From positions 16,182,001 through 16,246,000 of the forward strand of contig CM022667.1 in NCBI GenBank assembly GCA_012295275.1: a stretch of 64,000 bases of DNA, in the 5' to 3' direction. The DNA comes from Chrysomallon squamiferum. Taxonomy: Eukaryota > Animalia > Mollusca. Below, piece after piece: positions 1 to 15,491 of the stretch (positions are counted from its first letter, which is position 1; every line of letters starts with the position of its first letter). The position numbers and the translations under genes were made by a program. The notes beneath the pieces were generated by a model that did no database searches, was not told the origin of the DNA, and saw only the letters and a list, made by a program, of their open reading frames with translations.

Positions 1-78
1 TGTATGTGATGTGAAGATATTTGCACACAATGAGGGATGTAAGTACATGTTATACGTTTATATAATTAGTTTATAATG

Positions 79-165
<87 letters not shown>

Positions 166-403
166 TTTCTGTTTTCCTCATACATAGACACTAATCAGTG
201 AAATAATGGAAAGATAATCAAGCATGCACTCAAAATGTTAGCACAAAAAAAAAAAAAAAAAAAAAAATATTTTATAAATATATACTTTTCTTTTTTTGTC
301 AGTTTTGTTCTGAATTCATTGTGGTAATAAATAATATGTTTTAGACACCCAAAACATTTTGTTATAAACATACTTGTTTTAATTGGCTAAATATTAACGT
401 GAT

Positions 404-474
<71 letters not shown>

Positions 475-1984
475 TTTAACTTAGAACATTCAAACTTCAA
501 AACTTTGATTTCTTGAATAGTAAGTCTGGTCCATTGAGATGTCAGTTATCTGAAAACCTCTTTTACTCAAAGTTGTTTTGCAGTGTCCCAGACTACTCAC
601 TGAATAGACATTAGCCTGTGAAAACTCAGAGTGCTGGAGCACTGGGTCACTCATTAACTGGAATGAAATACATCATACATAGTTATCTTCACTGCTTTTG
701 GTTCTTCAAATGTTTTGTCAATGTATTTTTAACTTTATCTGTTAATTGCAGCACCTGTAAACCTGGCAACAAAAGGAGTTACTAGACAGAGTTCAAGGGT
801 AAATGATAACAAAAATTCCCATAATGCAGTAGATGGGACAGTTTCCTGTTCAAGCACTGCTAATGAGCTGAATCCATCATGGAGGTTGTTTTTTGATTCA
901 AAATTATATGACATCCACAGAGTTTATGTTCACATACCAGACATAGGTATGTATATTCACAATTCTTTTATCAGATTAATATATAGACTGAAGTTTTAAT
1001 GCCACATGATCAACTATCCTTGTGCATTTTGGGGGGGATTTTTCCCATTCCAAGTATGGCTCCACATATAGTTTTAGTGAAGAAGGTGATATAAAGTGAA
1101 AGACAAATGAAACTACATTAATTTATGATTCACTGTTTGTAAAGAAAAGTAATAACAAATTATCTTTTGTCAAATATGTTTAAATGCTTGCAAAATAAAT
1201 TATTGATAAATATTTAATAATAATAATAATAATATTATGCTCATAAGAACCATACTAACAATATTTTATTGCACATATTTTTCATAAAAATAAAAATAAA
1301 AATAAAAAACCAACATTTAGCAGATATACATTGTTTTAATAACCAGGCACTTTCACACAGATCTTACTGCTACATATATGATGATAAACAAATTCGATAA
1401 ATGTAAGAAAAACCTATGTAATTGGTTTTTGTTTTGTAGCTGTTGTAAGGCTCAGTACAGTACTTGTAATCTGATTTCTGCAGCCACATAACAGGGACAG
1501 TACCCATTTTAGTTAATGTCATATTTCTGAGAATGTTTTAAGGACCATAAACAATGTAAAATAATAATAATAACAGCAGTCATATCAACAATGGCGACAA
1601 CAACAACAACAACAATAATGATAACAATAATAATAGCTATAAGAAAAAACTCAAAAAATAACAATAATAATATCAATCATTATAACAATGACAAGAACAA
1701 CAACAGCAATAACAACAACAGTAACAAAAACTAAATAACAACAAAAGTAACAACAAATCTATTTTTCAGAATTTGATACTCTAGAAGCGAACATCACAGT
1801 ACATGTACGAAGTGGAAATGATGTTTTTCTGTGTGAACATGATGGGGTTCCAACACCTCCTGTTTTTAAGGCAAACTGTCATGGTGATGTGTATGGAAAT
1901 TCAATCCGAATAATTGCACACTTCAACAAACCTGTATCATTGAAAATATGTAATGTCGTCATACATGGGAGATACCGTGGAGGT

Positions 1985-2042
<58 letters not shown>

Positions 2043-4696
2043 ATGTGTGTGCATGTGTGTGCGTGTGTGTGTGCGTGTGTGTGTGTGCATGCATGTGTGT
2101 AAATATGTGCATGCATGTGTGTAAATATGTACATGTTTGTGTGTGTTTTTATACATAAAAGTTTATATTTAGTTATATGTTTTTGCGTGTGAATAAATAT
2201 GTCTTATAGGTTTATATTTTATTTATGTACTTGATGCCTAATTTTCTGTATTGTTTATGCTTACAAGTTAGATATGAACATCTATCAGATGTCTTTTAAC
2301 AGTGATTAACATAGATAGATTTGAAATAAACAACAGCTTCTCTGTTCTTGCATAAAACAGCTTAACGATTTTAAAAACAGAGACAGTTTGGAATGGAAAT
2401 GTAATATTTATTAATGTTTATTATGCTAGTATTCAGTTAAGTATTTATAATTTAAATATTTCTTAGCTGCTGGAGTCCTGACAGGAGGCTACAGCACATC
2501 TCAGACTTCAACACTTGTGCCAGACGATCAAGTATCTTATGATTCCCAGAATGCAGTGGATGGTACTGATTCCTGTTCTGGTACTGACTATGATTTGAAG
2601 TCCACATGGAAAATTTCATTTGAGAAAGTTTATGAAATTAACTCTGTCAAATTCAACCTCTCTTCTCAAGGTTTGTAAGATTTTGCTTTATCACTTAGTA
2701 GTGAGTAATGTAAAACTGCTTGCAGAGAAAAGTGAGTATGTGTAATGTTGTTACTCTGTTTATATGTGTTTTTGAGGTTAAAATAATGTACTTAATGTCT
2801 GTGGATTATATGTATGTTCAAAGTTTGTCTGTCTATCTGTCTCTTCCTTCTTTCACACACTCCACACACACACACACACACACACAATACACACACAATA
2901 CACACAAACTCAATACACACACACATCCATGCATACAAGCACAAAAAGACACACACACATATTGTCTCTCATAGTCTTTCTATGTGTATGTATACATGTA
3001 TATCTTTTGTGTATGCTTTATCTATATATCTGTTTTTCTCTCTCTCTTCCTCTTTTTCTCTTTCATTATCTTTTTATTACCCTTTCTGTTGACTTAAACA
3101 ATTATTTTTGTTTACCTTTCAGCAACAAAAACAATAAAAGCAAATGTATTTGTTTATGTTTTGTCTGATTCCAACAAAAAACATTTATGTCAGGCTGTGA
3201 CAGCTGTAACTGCCCCACTGTTTCGGACAGACTGTACATACACACATGGTCACTCTGTTGAAATATCAGCTGTTCTGAGTGAACCAGCATCTCTTAAAAT
3301 ATGTGGTGTTCTGGTGTATGGGCGTCCTGTTGGATGTAAGTATTAATTATGCCAAAAATAAATGAATGAATGATTGACTGATTAAATGAATTAAAAAATG
3401 AAAGAATTAATGAATGAATGAATCATTAAATATATAAACAGAGGCAACAAAAAAAAAAAAAAAAAAAAAAAGACTTTAAATAAAATAAAATGAAACAATA
3501 CAAAATCAAAAAAAAAAGAAGAAATAATATTCTACAAACAGAAAAAAAATGAAAAATCAACAAATAAATAAACACAGGGAAAAGGCAAAACAAATGTTAG
3601 AAAACTAATAATAAAAACCCCCAAAATAATCAAATCTAAGAAAAAATAAAAATGAAAATAAATGAATAAATAACTAAATAAATAAATAATCAATCAAGTA
3701 AACAACAAATAACAAAATAAAAATAAGTAGAAACCAACCAAACATCTAAACTAATGTAATAAACAAAAGAAATATAAAAGAAACAGATACAAAAAAATAA
3801 ATAAAAAACAAACAAAAAACTGCAACAAAACAAGGCCCAAAAACAAAACAAATGTAAAAAACAAAACAAACATTAAAAAAATACCCAAGCAAACAAACAG
3901 TTATTCAATAAAATGCTGAAACATTTTTTTGTTTTTTTTCTATTATTTTCTTCACAGCACAGTGTGACAATCCTAGGATAGTTGTTGGTAAACGTTATGT
4001 ATACAACAGCACCAACTTCAACTCTGTTGTGACTGAACAGTGTGACGACAATGCTGGCTACTACTACACTGGAGGTAGTCAAACTGGTGTGTGTAGCTCT
4101 TCAGACAGCAAATGGCACAACTTAACTAGTGTATGTCAAAGTAAGTATTTAGTTAGTAAGTTAGGTAGTTAGTTAATTTGTTTGTTACCTAGTTTTTTTG
4201 ATGCCTATTGTGGATTAGTTCAAAAATAAGGAATGTAACATCCATTAAATTATTTATTATATATATATATATATATTTTTAATGTTTTTTTAAATGTTTA
4301 ATGTTATAGAATATAATTTTATTGTGAAAAAAAAGGAAGTTTTATATTTGTTTATTTTCATTAAGAATTCTTTTTAATTTGGTTATACACGTTTATTTGT
4401 TATCATAGTTATCATTATGACTTTCTTCATTAATATTATAATTTTTGTTACAAATATCATGACATTTCTTTTATATTATTTTTAGAATTATCATCACAAC
4501 CATCATCATCATCATCATCATCATTAAAGGAAAATTACTTGCTTTATTATTAATATAAGTATATCATAATCATTATTAGGATTATTGTTATCTTAACTTT
4601 CACCATTATTATTATTATTATTATTATCATCTTCATCATCATTATTATTATTATTATGATGATTATTATTATTATGATTATATTTATTATTATTAA

Positions 4697-4738
<42 letters not shown>

Positions 4739-6105
4739 AGAGAAAAAGAATATAGCTAGAGGTAAACCAGTCTTACTTGATGGTGTAGTAGATGTTTCAG
4801 AAATTGTTGATGACAATGATAACACATGTACTTTGCTGAACCAGGGAGGATCCCACTCCATACTTGTAAACCTCGAAGATGTCTATGAAATACACACAGT
4901 GACCATATCACTTTTGAAAACTGGTTTGTGAAATTCTTTTCTCATTCATATCATGCTTATTTCTTAGAGTTTGTTGTTATGTTCATTTGTTGTTTTAGTT
5001 TTCATATTTATTTCTTTATTTCTTTAGTTCTTTATTTATTTATTTATTTATTTATTTGTTTATTTATTTATTTATTTATTTATTTATTATTTTCTATTTT
5101 ACACTATTTTATGGACTCTTTTGTTTTTATTCTTTCCCTTTGAAACAAAAAATATATATTGATCATTTGAACCAATTATATTTTTCTCCTTTTTTTTGAT
5201 TACTATTGTTTTTGTAGGTTTTTTTGGGGGGGTTTAATTTTTGATGTAACATTATGATTAAATAGGCAAAAATTCAGACTGATAACTTAATGTGTACATT
5301 TTAAAACGGCCTATTTATCTTTCATACTGCAGCATCTTTGGACATCCCTGTATCAGCATATGCAAAGAAGAATGCCAGCTCTAATTTACTGAAGCCATGT
5401 GACAGAGATGAGACCAGTGCTGTCACAAACATGGCGTCATTCAACTGTGACACTCGCCCCTATGCCGGCTATGTGTTGGTGTATGTTGAAGGTGGTGTCG
5501 ACATCTGTGAAGTGAGAGTCTTTGGCGAACGTCGAGATGGTAACAAAAGTAAGGAATGAAAACATAACACTAAGGAATGAGGATATAACAAAGAAATAAG
5601 AATATAACACAAAGAAATTGGAATAGAACACTAAGGAATAACCCAAAGAAATGACAATAAAACTCTAAGGAATATAACACACAGAAATAAGAAACAACAG
5701 AGAAATAAGAATATAACACAAATAAATGAGAATACAAAAATAAGGAATGAAAATGTAACACAAAGAAATAAGAATATAACAACAAAATAAGATTATAACA
5801 CAAAGAAATGAGAATGTAAAATATAAGAATGTGTTATATAAGAATAAGAAGATAACATAAAGGAACAAATTTATAACAAAGGAATAATAACATTTCAAAA
5901 GAGAAGATAATATAAATACAAATGAATTAGAATACATGAAGGAGAATGTAATAAGAAACAATGAGAATATGGCATAGGAAAAGTAAAAAAAAAAAAAAAA
6001 ATAACTAATAAATGAGAATGTAAATGTAACAAAAAAGAACTGGAATATAATAGGAATGTAAATATAACATAAGGATTTGTGTTTGTGCTTGTGTGTGTGT
6101 GCATG

Positions 6106-6155
<50 letters not shown>

Positions 6156-8082
6156 TTCCATATCTGTTACAGTAGGAAATGACATGTTGTTTTCCTGTTC
6201 TTGGAAAGGTGCATAAGAAATACTCCTTTCTGCTAATCAGTATGAGCAATCAACAGTATTGCAGAACCAGATTTCCTTTTATTTAATTATGTCTGATGTT
6301 GTATCACTTTTCATCATGACAAATCCTTTACCTGAAACAATCTCAAAACAAATGTCTGTATTTATTTTCCCAGCTTTTCAGTGTGCAGACTTCACGCGAG
6401 GCAGAAAGTTCAAAGGTGACATCAACTTCACAGTTACTGGAGAGAGCTGTTATCCATGGGATCAGGTTAAATCTTCAAAATACACTGATATTACGTATTT
6501 CCCTGAATACAGTCTCAGAGATGTTGGCAATAAATGTCGAAATCCAATAGACAGTGGCTGGATACCATGGTGCTACACAAGTAAAGAAAGACGGTGGGGA
6601 TACTGTCCTGTTTTTACATGTAGTAAGTGTCTCTTTTTTCTCTCTCTCTTACTGGTTTTGTTCACTTTCTCTGTATATATATGTTACAGGAAATATTTAT
6701 TATCGGGAAATATGTATAAATATTGAAACTTTTAGATTATGAATGTAATGTCCGATTCACTCAGGAAAGTGGCAATACAGTGGCTGCAAGTAGATAATTC
6801 TATGACAGCTAGGAGGGAAACAAGATGATGACAGGCCAGTATGAGTACCAGAATCTGATAGTGCCTCAAACAGGGAACACAGAATTCTATTGTGTATTCT
6901 TATCGTCAAACCAACAAACAAGCCTGTCCTCAATGTCAGAGCTTGCCCCTTCTATGGAGTCTTGGCTCACTGGATGCTAGTCATCAATTCTGGCCACATT
7001 AATTTCAGTTCCGTGATTACACTTATTATAAAAGATTTTCAGGAATTATACATATTTCCTGAAACATACATATGTTTATAGCTGGATGGATGGATGTATA
7101 TGAATAAGTGGTCCATGTGTCCATCTCTCTTTATCACTGACTTTCCATTACTGGAATTATGAATGAATGAATGTATCTTTAAGCCACTCTCTTTGTTTCT
7201 GTGTCTCCAAATCCATGTTCCTCTTTATGTATGAATATAGACAGAAATAAATATGTGTTTTTATGTTCCTGGAACTGTCTTTCTGTATGCCTCAAAGTTT
7301 TTATGTATGAAAGAATGTTTCTGTTATTTTTGTTTTACTAAATGTATATCTTAATGTTTGTCTCTGTCTTTATCTATATATTGTTTCCTAAATTCCAAAA
7401 GTACATGGTTTAGTGTTATTATTATTATTATTTTATTTTTATTTCATATAGACACATTATGTAATTCTGTAAAATCTCCATATAAAGGAAAAATGGATAA
7501 AACCAAGTCTGGCCTGCAGTGTCAACAGTGGAGTGAAGATTTTCCTCACAAACATAGCTTCAAGCTGAACTCACTGTTCCCTGATGAGACAAGTGCTCAA
7601 GCCTACTGTCGTAATCCTCTGACGTCTCAAAGCACGCCCTGGTGTTTTACAACCGACAAGACTGTCACTTATGAAGCTTGTGATATTCCTTCTTGTCGTA
7701 AGTAAAAACAGTCATCTTTATCCTCTTTATATCTGTTAGTGTATGTATAAATATCATGGTACTTTCACAATTATATTCTCCCTCCTTTCCTCTTTCTCTC
7801 TCTTCATCATTCTAAATCTCCACATTTATTTTTTAAGTTCTTTGTAGTGGGATTTTTTGTGTGATTTCTTTTCTTTTTAATCTTTTAAACATTTCTTTCT
7901 GTAAGAATCATCATTCATGTAAATATGTGCTTTTAAAATTACATATTTATCATGTTTCCAGATGTTGGCAAATTCACTCAATGAATCACTTAAACATATA
8001 TAAACACACACAAACAGTCACATATATAAACATGTAACTATCAGTCTAGATGATAACAACTGTCATACAAACATAAAACATA

Positions 8083-8152
<70 letters not shown>

Positions 8153-9624
8153 ACACTCAAACAACATTTCACACTATATCCAAATATAAACACTCTTGAC
8201 ACTTATAGATATATTCAAACCTTCTCTTACTCTCAAACACATACAAACACATACACACTCATATTCATACTATTACATGTAAACACTCACATTTTTATGC
8301 TAAAACTTATACACTAAACATATGCATGCAGATACACGTTTTTTGAGAGACTACTGTTCATTAACATTTCCATTTTTTGTTTCAGCCACACAGTTTGACA
8401 GCCAGATTTACAACACTAGCAACTGGGAGTATTTAAAACATCAAGACCAGTGCTTTTATATGAATGGCATTTACAGGACAGAATCAGTAGATATGAAAAA
8501 TCCAATCTCTGTGTGTAGTGTCAAGAACAGAGGAATTCTCATCTGTTACAAGAAACTCACAGACACAGTGGAATGGAAGTTTTTTCTAATAGACTGCGGT
8601 GAGTAAGTGAATATTTATGAGTATGTGAGGTGAACACTGTCAGATGTCATTTGTTTGTAATATCAATGTGAGATGAAAGGTTTTTGCACTGTAGTGTGGG
8701 ATAAATGACACTGACATTAGTGTGAGATATGTTTGTGAATTGTGGGATGTTGGTTTTAACGTTATTGGTATGTGATGGACAGAGTTAACATCAGTAGGAT
8801 TAAGTATGTTAACATCAGTTAGATTAAAGTTGACATTGTCAAAGAGATGAAGAATGTTGACATCATCAGTGTGATGAGAATATTATGTGAGTCATAGTTG
8901 ACTGTTTTTATTTACATTAGTTTAATTGAAAACTTTTGTTTTTCACACAGAGAAAAAAACTTCAGTGGCATCAACAACTACAACACAACCTTCAACAGTA
9001 ACAACTTCATCATTCACAGATGGAACTACCATCTCATCATCAACCTTAAAAGAAAACAGCTCAACAGCAATATCATCGATGACAACAGTAAATATCACAT
9101 CATCATTTAATGCAACAGTAACTGCTACAACATCAGCTGTGACGACAATAAATTCCACATCATCAGCTATAACAAAACTAAATGACACAACATCTGTGGC
9201 AACAATAAATACCACATCATCATCTATGACAGCAATAAATGCCACGACATCAACTATAACAACACTAAGTGCAACAACATCGAGTGCCACATCTTCAATA
9301 AAAGCCACATCACCATCTACAATAACATCAACAACAACACCACCACAACACTGCCCATGTGTGTGCAGGGTAGTTTTCACTTCAGAGCAGTTGTCCTTGT
9401 TAAAGACGAAAGCTGAGACAGAGTCCAGACACTTGATCGTTGAGAAGAAGACTCTCTCAAAGTTCAGAAGGCAGCTGTACAGTGCACCTGATAAAAGGCC
9501 AGTTTCTGTGGGTATAGGGACATCTTCCATACTCATTATGTGTTTTCTAACCTCTATAATTGTATTCTCAGATATAATCAGTTTTTTCACATGGATTGTT
9601 CATATATGTCGACATAGCTCTTAG
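1..9624 (+). CDS. G1 (5'-partial): multi-domain type-I membrane protein, [..FTP]-FTP-FTP-Sushi-FTP-Kringle-Kringle-4Cys domain-mucin-TM
   Basis: Exons read by hand, all AG/GT and phase 1: <1-38 (VCDVKIFAHNEG, FTP end), 752-946 (NLATKGVTRQSS..NAVDG..CSST..NPSW), 1770-1982, 2467-2670, 3123-3335, 3958-4140 (Sushi CDNPRIVVG..KW..VC), 4741-4923, 5333-5548 (donor possibly 5539), 6374-6622 (kringle CRNP..PWCY), 7452-7697 (kringle), 8386-8598, 8951-9624 (T/S-rich stalk, TM, stop). The joined frame is open. Confidence 0.88.
5549..6075. repeat. Degenerate minisatellite of about 20-21 bp (AAAGAAATAAGAATATAACAC-like) in a G1 intron
   Basis: Repeated units such as aaagaaataagaatataacac and taaggaatgaaaacataacac, starting directly at the exon donor. 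Confidence 0.75.
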
Positions 9625-10267
9625 GGTGCATGCATATGTGTGTAGGTGTGTGTGTGTGTGTTTAGGTGTGTGTTTGTGTGTGTGAGTGAGAGGGAGAGAG
9701 TCAGTAATTCTGTGAGTCAGCATGTGAGTGGGTGAGTGAGTCATATGGAGTAAATTAAGAAGTGCATATGTAAAAATAAATGTGTAATATCATCCTCTTA
9801 ACATTTCTCATTAAAATTATTTTATTTTATAACTGCAGAAAACCTCCCCTTCAAAACCCTGGTAAAACGATTAGTGTAAAAAAAAAATTCTTACTACATT
9901 ATTTTCATTTAATGTATGCAGGTTTGTATCAGTTTCAAAATAGTTCCACATTAGATGTGTATAGATTATTGCTGTAAAATTATTATTATTTGTAAGGTTC
10001 CTGATTACAAAAGCATAGTTCAGATATCCAACGATGGCCACAAAAGGCATGAAGATACAAAGTAATGTCTGTTTTTCAGACATAATAAAATCAATATTAT
10101 CATCATATATTTTTAATGAATCATTGTTGTATAGACTTTGTTACTTAATATATTGTTCCTAAACAAAAGTTGCTTGGCTGTGTATTTCTCAGTGTTTAAG
10201 CTGTTTTGTAAGACACGGGCATTTGAAACATTTGATTATAATTAAATGTCTCTATCTGACTCATTTT

Positions 10268-10344
<77 letters not shown>

Positions 10345-10551
10345 TTATCACTGTTGCTACATTTGTTGTTATTAAATAAAATATTATGATTTTGTTTGTG
10401 TTTGCTTTAATATTTGAAATTTTCATGTTTAACATGACAGTTTTGACAACAAATAGGATATCTTTATCAGATTAAAAATAATAATGAATAATAATGAATG
10501 AAAATAATTTTTAATAATAATTTAATTTAATTTATTTATTTATAATTTATT

Positions 10552-10598
<47 letters not shown>

Positions 10599-11001
10599 TC
10601 TGATGTTATTCATGATAGCAGTAGCAGTACCAATGGTAGTAGTAGTAAGAGCAGCAGCATCAGAAGCTGCTGTTGAAGAAATATTACTTTGCTATTTCCT
10701 CTGTTGACATCAGTTGACTACAGTGGTTAAATTAATCAATATTAGATTAAACTGAACAAATACATTTGGCAAAAAATGCAGCTGACGGAAGAAACTAAAC
10801 AATAAAAAACATAAATGGAACTATTTCTTCTTTTAATCATTGTCTTTTAGCTATCCTTTTCAGAAATGATAATCTATATATCTGTCTATCTGCATCATGG
10901 AGCTAATGCTAAATCACATGTTTTGCATTAGAAAACAAGGAAAAGGAAAGGGATGATGTAATTTTATTATTATTATTATTTTTATTATTTAATTATTTAT
11001 T

Positions 11002-11076
<75 letters not shown>

Positions 11077-11804
11077 TTGTTATATATGTAGTTTTGCAAC
11101 ATTTTTATTTATATAGTTACCAAAGTACATGTAAGTTTTTATGAGATATAGAAAGTATAATTTAATCTTGCAAAATAAAGGGAACCTCTGGCAAAAAACA
11201 AAAAAAACCCAACAACAACAAAAACAATAATAATAATCATAATCATAAAATAAAGTAAACAAATAGATACATTTTACTACAGCGTTTCTAATTTACAGAA
11301 TCTTCTGTTTTTTCACGATATTTAGAACACTAAAATTATGAAGACTAAATGTTACTTTTAATGTCTTTTTGTAATGAATAATTTAAATACATGAAAAATG
11401 AACTAACCTTTCATATCGAATATTATTAAATCCATAAAGAGTGAGCTTGTGAAACGTGTACACCGAAACAAGAGCAACTACAATTAATTACGTCAACTCT
11501 TTATGACGTCATAAATCTGCGGATTCGTGGTTGCGCCGTTTTAATAATTTGTTCTGATTAAATAACTAAAGCTGTGTTGTTAAATAATAATAATAATGAT
11601 AACAACAACAACAACACAACACAAGAACAACAACAATAATAATAAAGTATTTGTCCTTCAGGGATGGATGTTTTTATTGAAATTCAATATTTTTCTGTAT
11701 TCGTGTTCAATTCAAGCGCTGTTCAGTGAAGGACAAGTAAAGAGAAACTATAGATATATAATAATTCAATATTTTCAACAAACTAAGTAAAATGTATCAA
11801 TTTT

Positions 11805-11902
<98 letters not shown>

Positions 11903-13041
11903 TTCTGTAAATTTCATATTTCCCTTTTTTCTATTGCTTTTGTTATTATTTTTTCCCTTGTTATTTTATTTTTTCAAAACATTTATTTGATTATTTATTT
12001 ATTTATTTATTCATTCATTCATTTATTTATTTATTATTCTTTGGTTTGTTTATTATTATTTTTCTAACTTTACTTGAATATTTTGTATTATCTTTATTAT
12101 TGTTATTATTTTTGTTGTTCATAACCTCATTTGCTATAATTATTGGTAGTATTATTCGAAAAATCAAGATCCAGTTTAGTGTTAATGTTGTTGTAACATG
12201 ATTGATGTTACTGTATCCACTATACTGGATCTTTGATTTTTCGAATAATACTACCAATAATTATTGCAAATGAGGTTATGAACAACAATAACAACAACAA
12301 CAACAACAATAATAATAATAGTAAATGAATAAATAAATAAAAATTAAAAAATTAAAAATGCAGCAACAACAAAAAAAAAAAAAAAAAAAAAAAAAAAACA
12401 GCAATAAACATTTTTAAGTGTGTGCTTGAAGGTGTAGATATGTGTATGTGTGTATATATGTCTGTATGTGTGCGTGTATGTTTTAATACATGTTTTAAGC
12501 GCGGCTAAACATTTCAGATATCTTATTGACTTGTCTTTACACCGTAAACTATTCTTTCTTCACATGACAATTGTAAAACAATATCATGAATGACACCATC
12601 TGCCTGATCACAAAATGCCACGACGAGATCGAAGTTTGTATTGTTTATTATTAGTTTTCTGTTCTTTCTTTTCTTTTTTCCTTTATTTTCTTCTTGTTTA
12701 TTTTTTAAAAAAAAAAAGAACTTCCTGTCGGATAGATGAGAGAAAAATATAATTCAGTTTTAGCCGAAAAGAGTAGTTGTTTAAATCGAAGTTGCGTAGT
12801 TGCTTAATTTGATTGTCTCATTTAAAATAACTTTAATCAAAACACTACTAGTTCAGAAAGAGGATGAAATAATTTATTCTGATAGTTTTTATTATTATAA
12901 AACTGGACGTTTTCTAACATTAAAACTGTCTGATTAGAAACTAACTGAATCGAAAAAATTTAATTTGAAAATCTTTAAACCACAATTTGAAATTCCTTTA
13001 ATGGAATTTGTTTAGTTCGAAATTATTTAAAACCAGGAAAG

Positions 13042-14093
13042 ATGGAATATGCAAAATGGATAATACAAACTTACTGGTGTCTGGTGTTTTCTGTTTTATG
13101 CGTTTGTGGTAAGTAATTTTTAAATAATATACATTTACAGTCCTTGCGAATTATAAGTATTTTCGAGTTATAATCTTTATGTTGTTTAAGGCGTTCACAT
13201 GACTTCTCAGATGCAGCTCACAAAGTGTACGGATATTAATATGCCGAAAAGACACTGTTTTAAGAGAACACGCTTTGTTAATCATAAGAAGCCCACAGAG
13301 ATAACGAAAGAAAAAAAAAAAAAAGAGAAAACAAATCAAAGAAAAAGCTTTGAAAACATTACCTTTTTTCATTTCTAATGTGCGCATAGTTTTGATTTTT
13401 ATATAAAATTGTCGAAGAAAAAATGCAATAATAATAAGAAGAAGAAGAAGAAGAAAAAGAAGAAGAAGAAGAAGACGGAAGAAGAAGACAAAGAAGAAGA
13501 TGAAAAAGAAGATAAAAAAGAAGAAGAAGAAAATAAAACGAAGATGAAGCAGAAGAAAAAAGAAGAAGAGTACACGAGAAAAACCATTCAAACCGCAGCC
13601 TCAGTACGTTTTACAGTTATACGTTATTGTCATCAAAGGCTGATATATATAAATTAAAATAATCAGTTTGACAATATTCAGTTTTTGTCTAATTTACTTA
13701 TTTATTTCTCAGGTTCTCTGGACTGTCCCGAACCTGCTCCTGTTGCCAATGCTTACCGGATCTGGGAAGGAGGAGCAGCCGGAACTCACGTAAGATACAA
13801 ATGTCTGTTCAATTATGTTCACACTTCCGGAGATTTGGTGAGACAGTGCGATTCAAGCAGTGGAAATTACAGCGGCGAGGCCCCTGTTTGTTCTTGTAAG
13901 TAAAGTTTTAACTTTAAACTAATAATAAAAAGTAGTAGTAATTAAAAACGAATCTTTTACAACACTTCAACGGTATTATAATATGGAATTTTTAATATTA
14001 TGATTTTAATGATAAATACCTAATCCAAGTTCTTTGTTAATCGATTATAAGTAAAAGATAGACAGACAGACACCTGGGTGGTTAGACAGATAG

Positions 14094-14140
<47 letters not shown>

Positions 14141-15405
14141 CACACAAAACATCTGAAGGAAATTACATAAGTCATACTTCTATAACAATTTATACAATCT
14201 GTAACTGTCAGCTCTCTACCACTGTACTAAACACAGTTCATACTAATTAGATGCTCTGAACATTAGTTTGTTTCTTACATATTCATTTATTAATGCAATG
14301 TTTCCAGATCATTGTTATAACCGTCATCATCATCAACAACGGCGCCTTCGCCAACATTATAAACATCAACATCAACATCAACATCTGCATTGCTATTCCT
14401 CACGTTAGCGATATTATTCTACCTACTGATAATATACCTAAATTGTTGTCCTTCTTGTTATCATCATCATCATCATCATCATCATTATCACTATTATCAT
14501 TATGGTTATCTCCTCACCATACCAATCACAACCATCATCATGGTCGTCGGCCTTCTCCTCATCGTCATCATCATCATTATTTGTTTTAGTGGACTGTGGT
14601 ATACCGGCAGATGTGATAGGAGCATCCAGGGTATATCTAAATACTACCGAAGGCAGCGAGGCAAATTATACATGCTGGAATAACTACGAGCAATTTTTTT
14701 TTAACAACAAACGAATTTGCAGCGTTGAAGATGGAAGCTGGGCAAATTATCCACTAATTTGTATAGGTATTATCATTATTGTTGTTCTTGTTGTTGTTGT
14801 GACCTTTGTGATGAAAATCGTTACTGTCGTTATTATTCTAATATTACTACCGATATTTGTATTTATGTATTTGCAAGTGTATCTTTTTAATTCAAAATTC
14901 AAAAGAAGTTAATCTCAAAACAGAAGAAGTTAATACTCGTTGTTTTTTTTTTTTTTTTTTTTTTTTCTTTGAAGGTCTTCTGAACCTGACAGGGGCAAAC
15001 ACGTTTCAAAGTACCACGTTATACAGTTCGAGCAACGCCATAGACGGTACACAGTCATTCTCTAGTACCAGGAACGAAACAAACCCGATGTGGACTTTGT
15101 GGTTTGCCAACAAAGTGTACGGAATTAATATCGTCAATATTACTATGCCAAATGTGGGTAAGTGGAAATCGCTCATAAAATGAAGCAATTGTTTATAAGA
15201 ATATTAGACATAACTAGACAAATAAACAAACTGCATTTAACGGACTAAAACGGAGGGGAAAGTTGTGAGGAAAATGTAAAAATTCGACTTTTATGGAGAG
15301 TTTGTAACAGCACAAATATTAACAATGTAGAAAAGTAAATTTACTTTAAATTCACAATTTTTACTTGCCATTTTTACTGATCGCATAAAGGTAGAAAATT
15401 ATTAT

Positions 15406-15491
<86 letters not shown>

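Noticed and set aside
1879-2158. HT/CV, RE/LS and poly-I/L/N ORFs here and throughout the window
   Set aside because: They are translations of microsatellites with no coding signal beyond the true exon overlaps.
6374-7697. Annotation as plasminogen, HGF or apolipoprotein(a) on the basis of kringles
   Set aside because: There is no serine-protease or PAN domain, and the protein ends in a mucin stalk and TM, so no gene symbol is justified.
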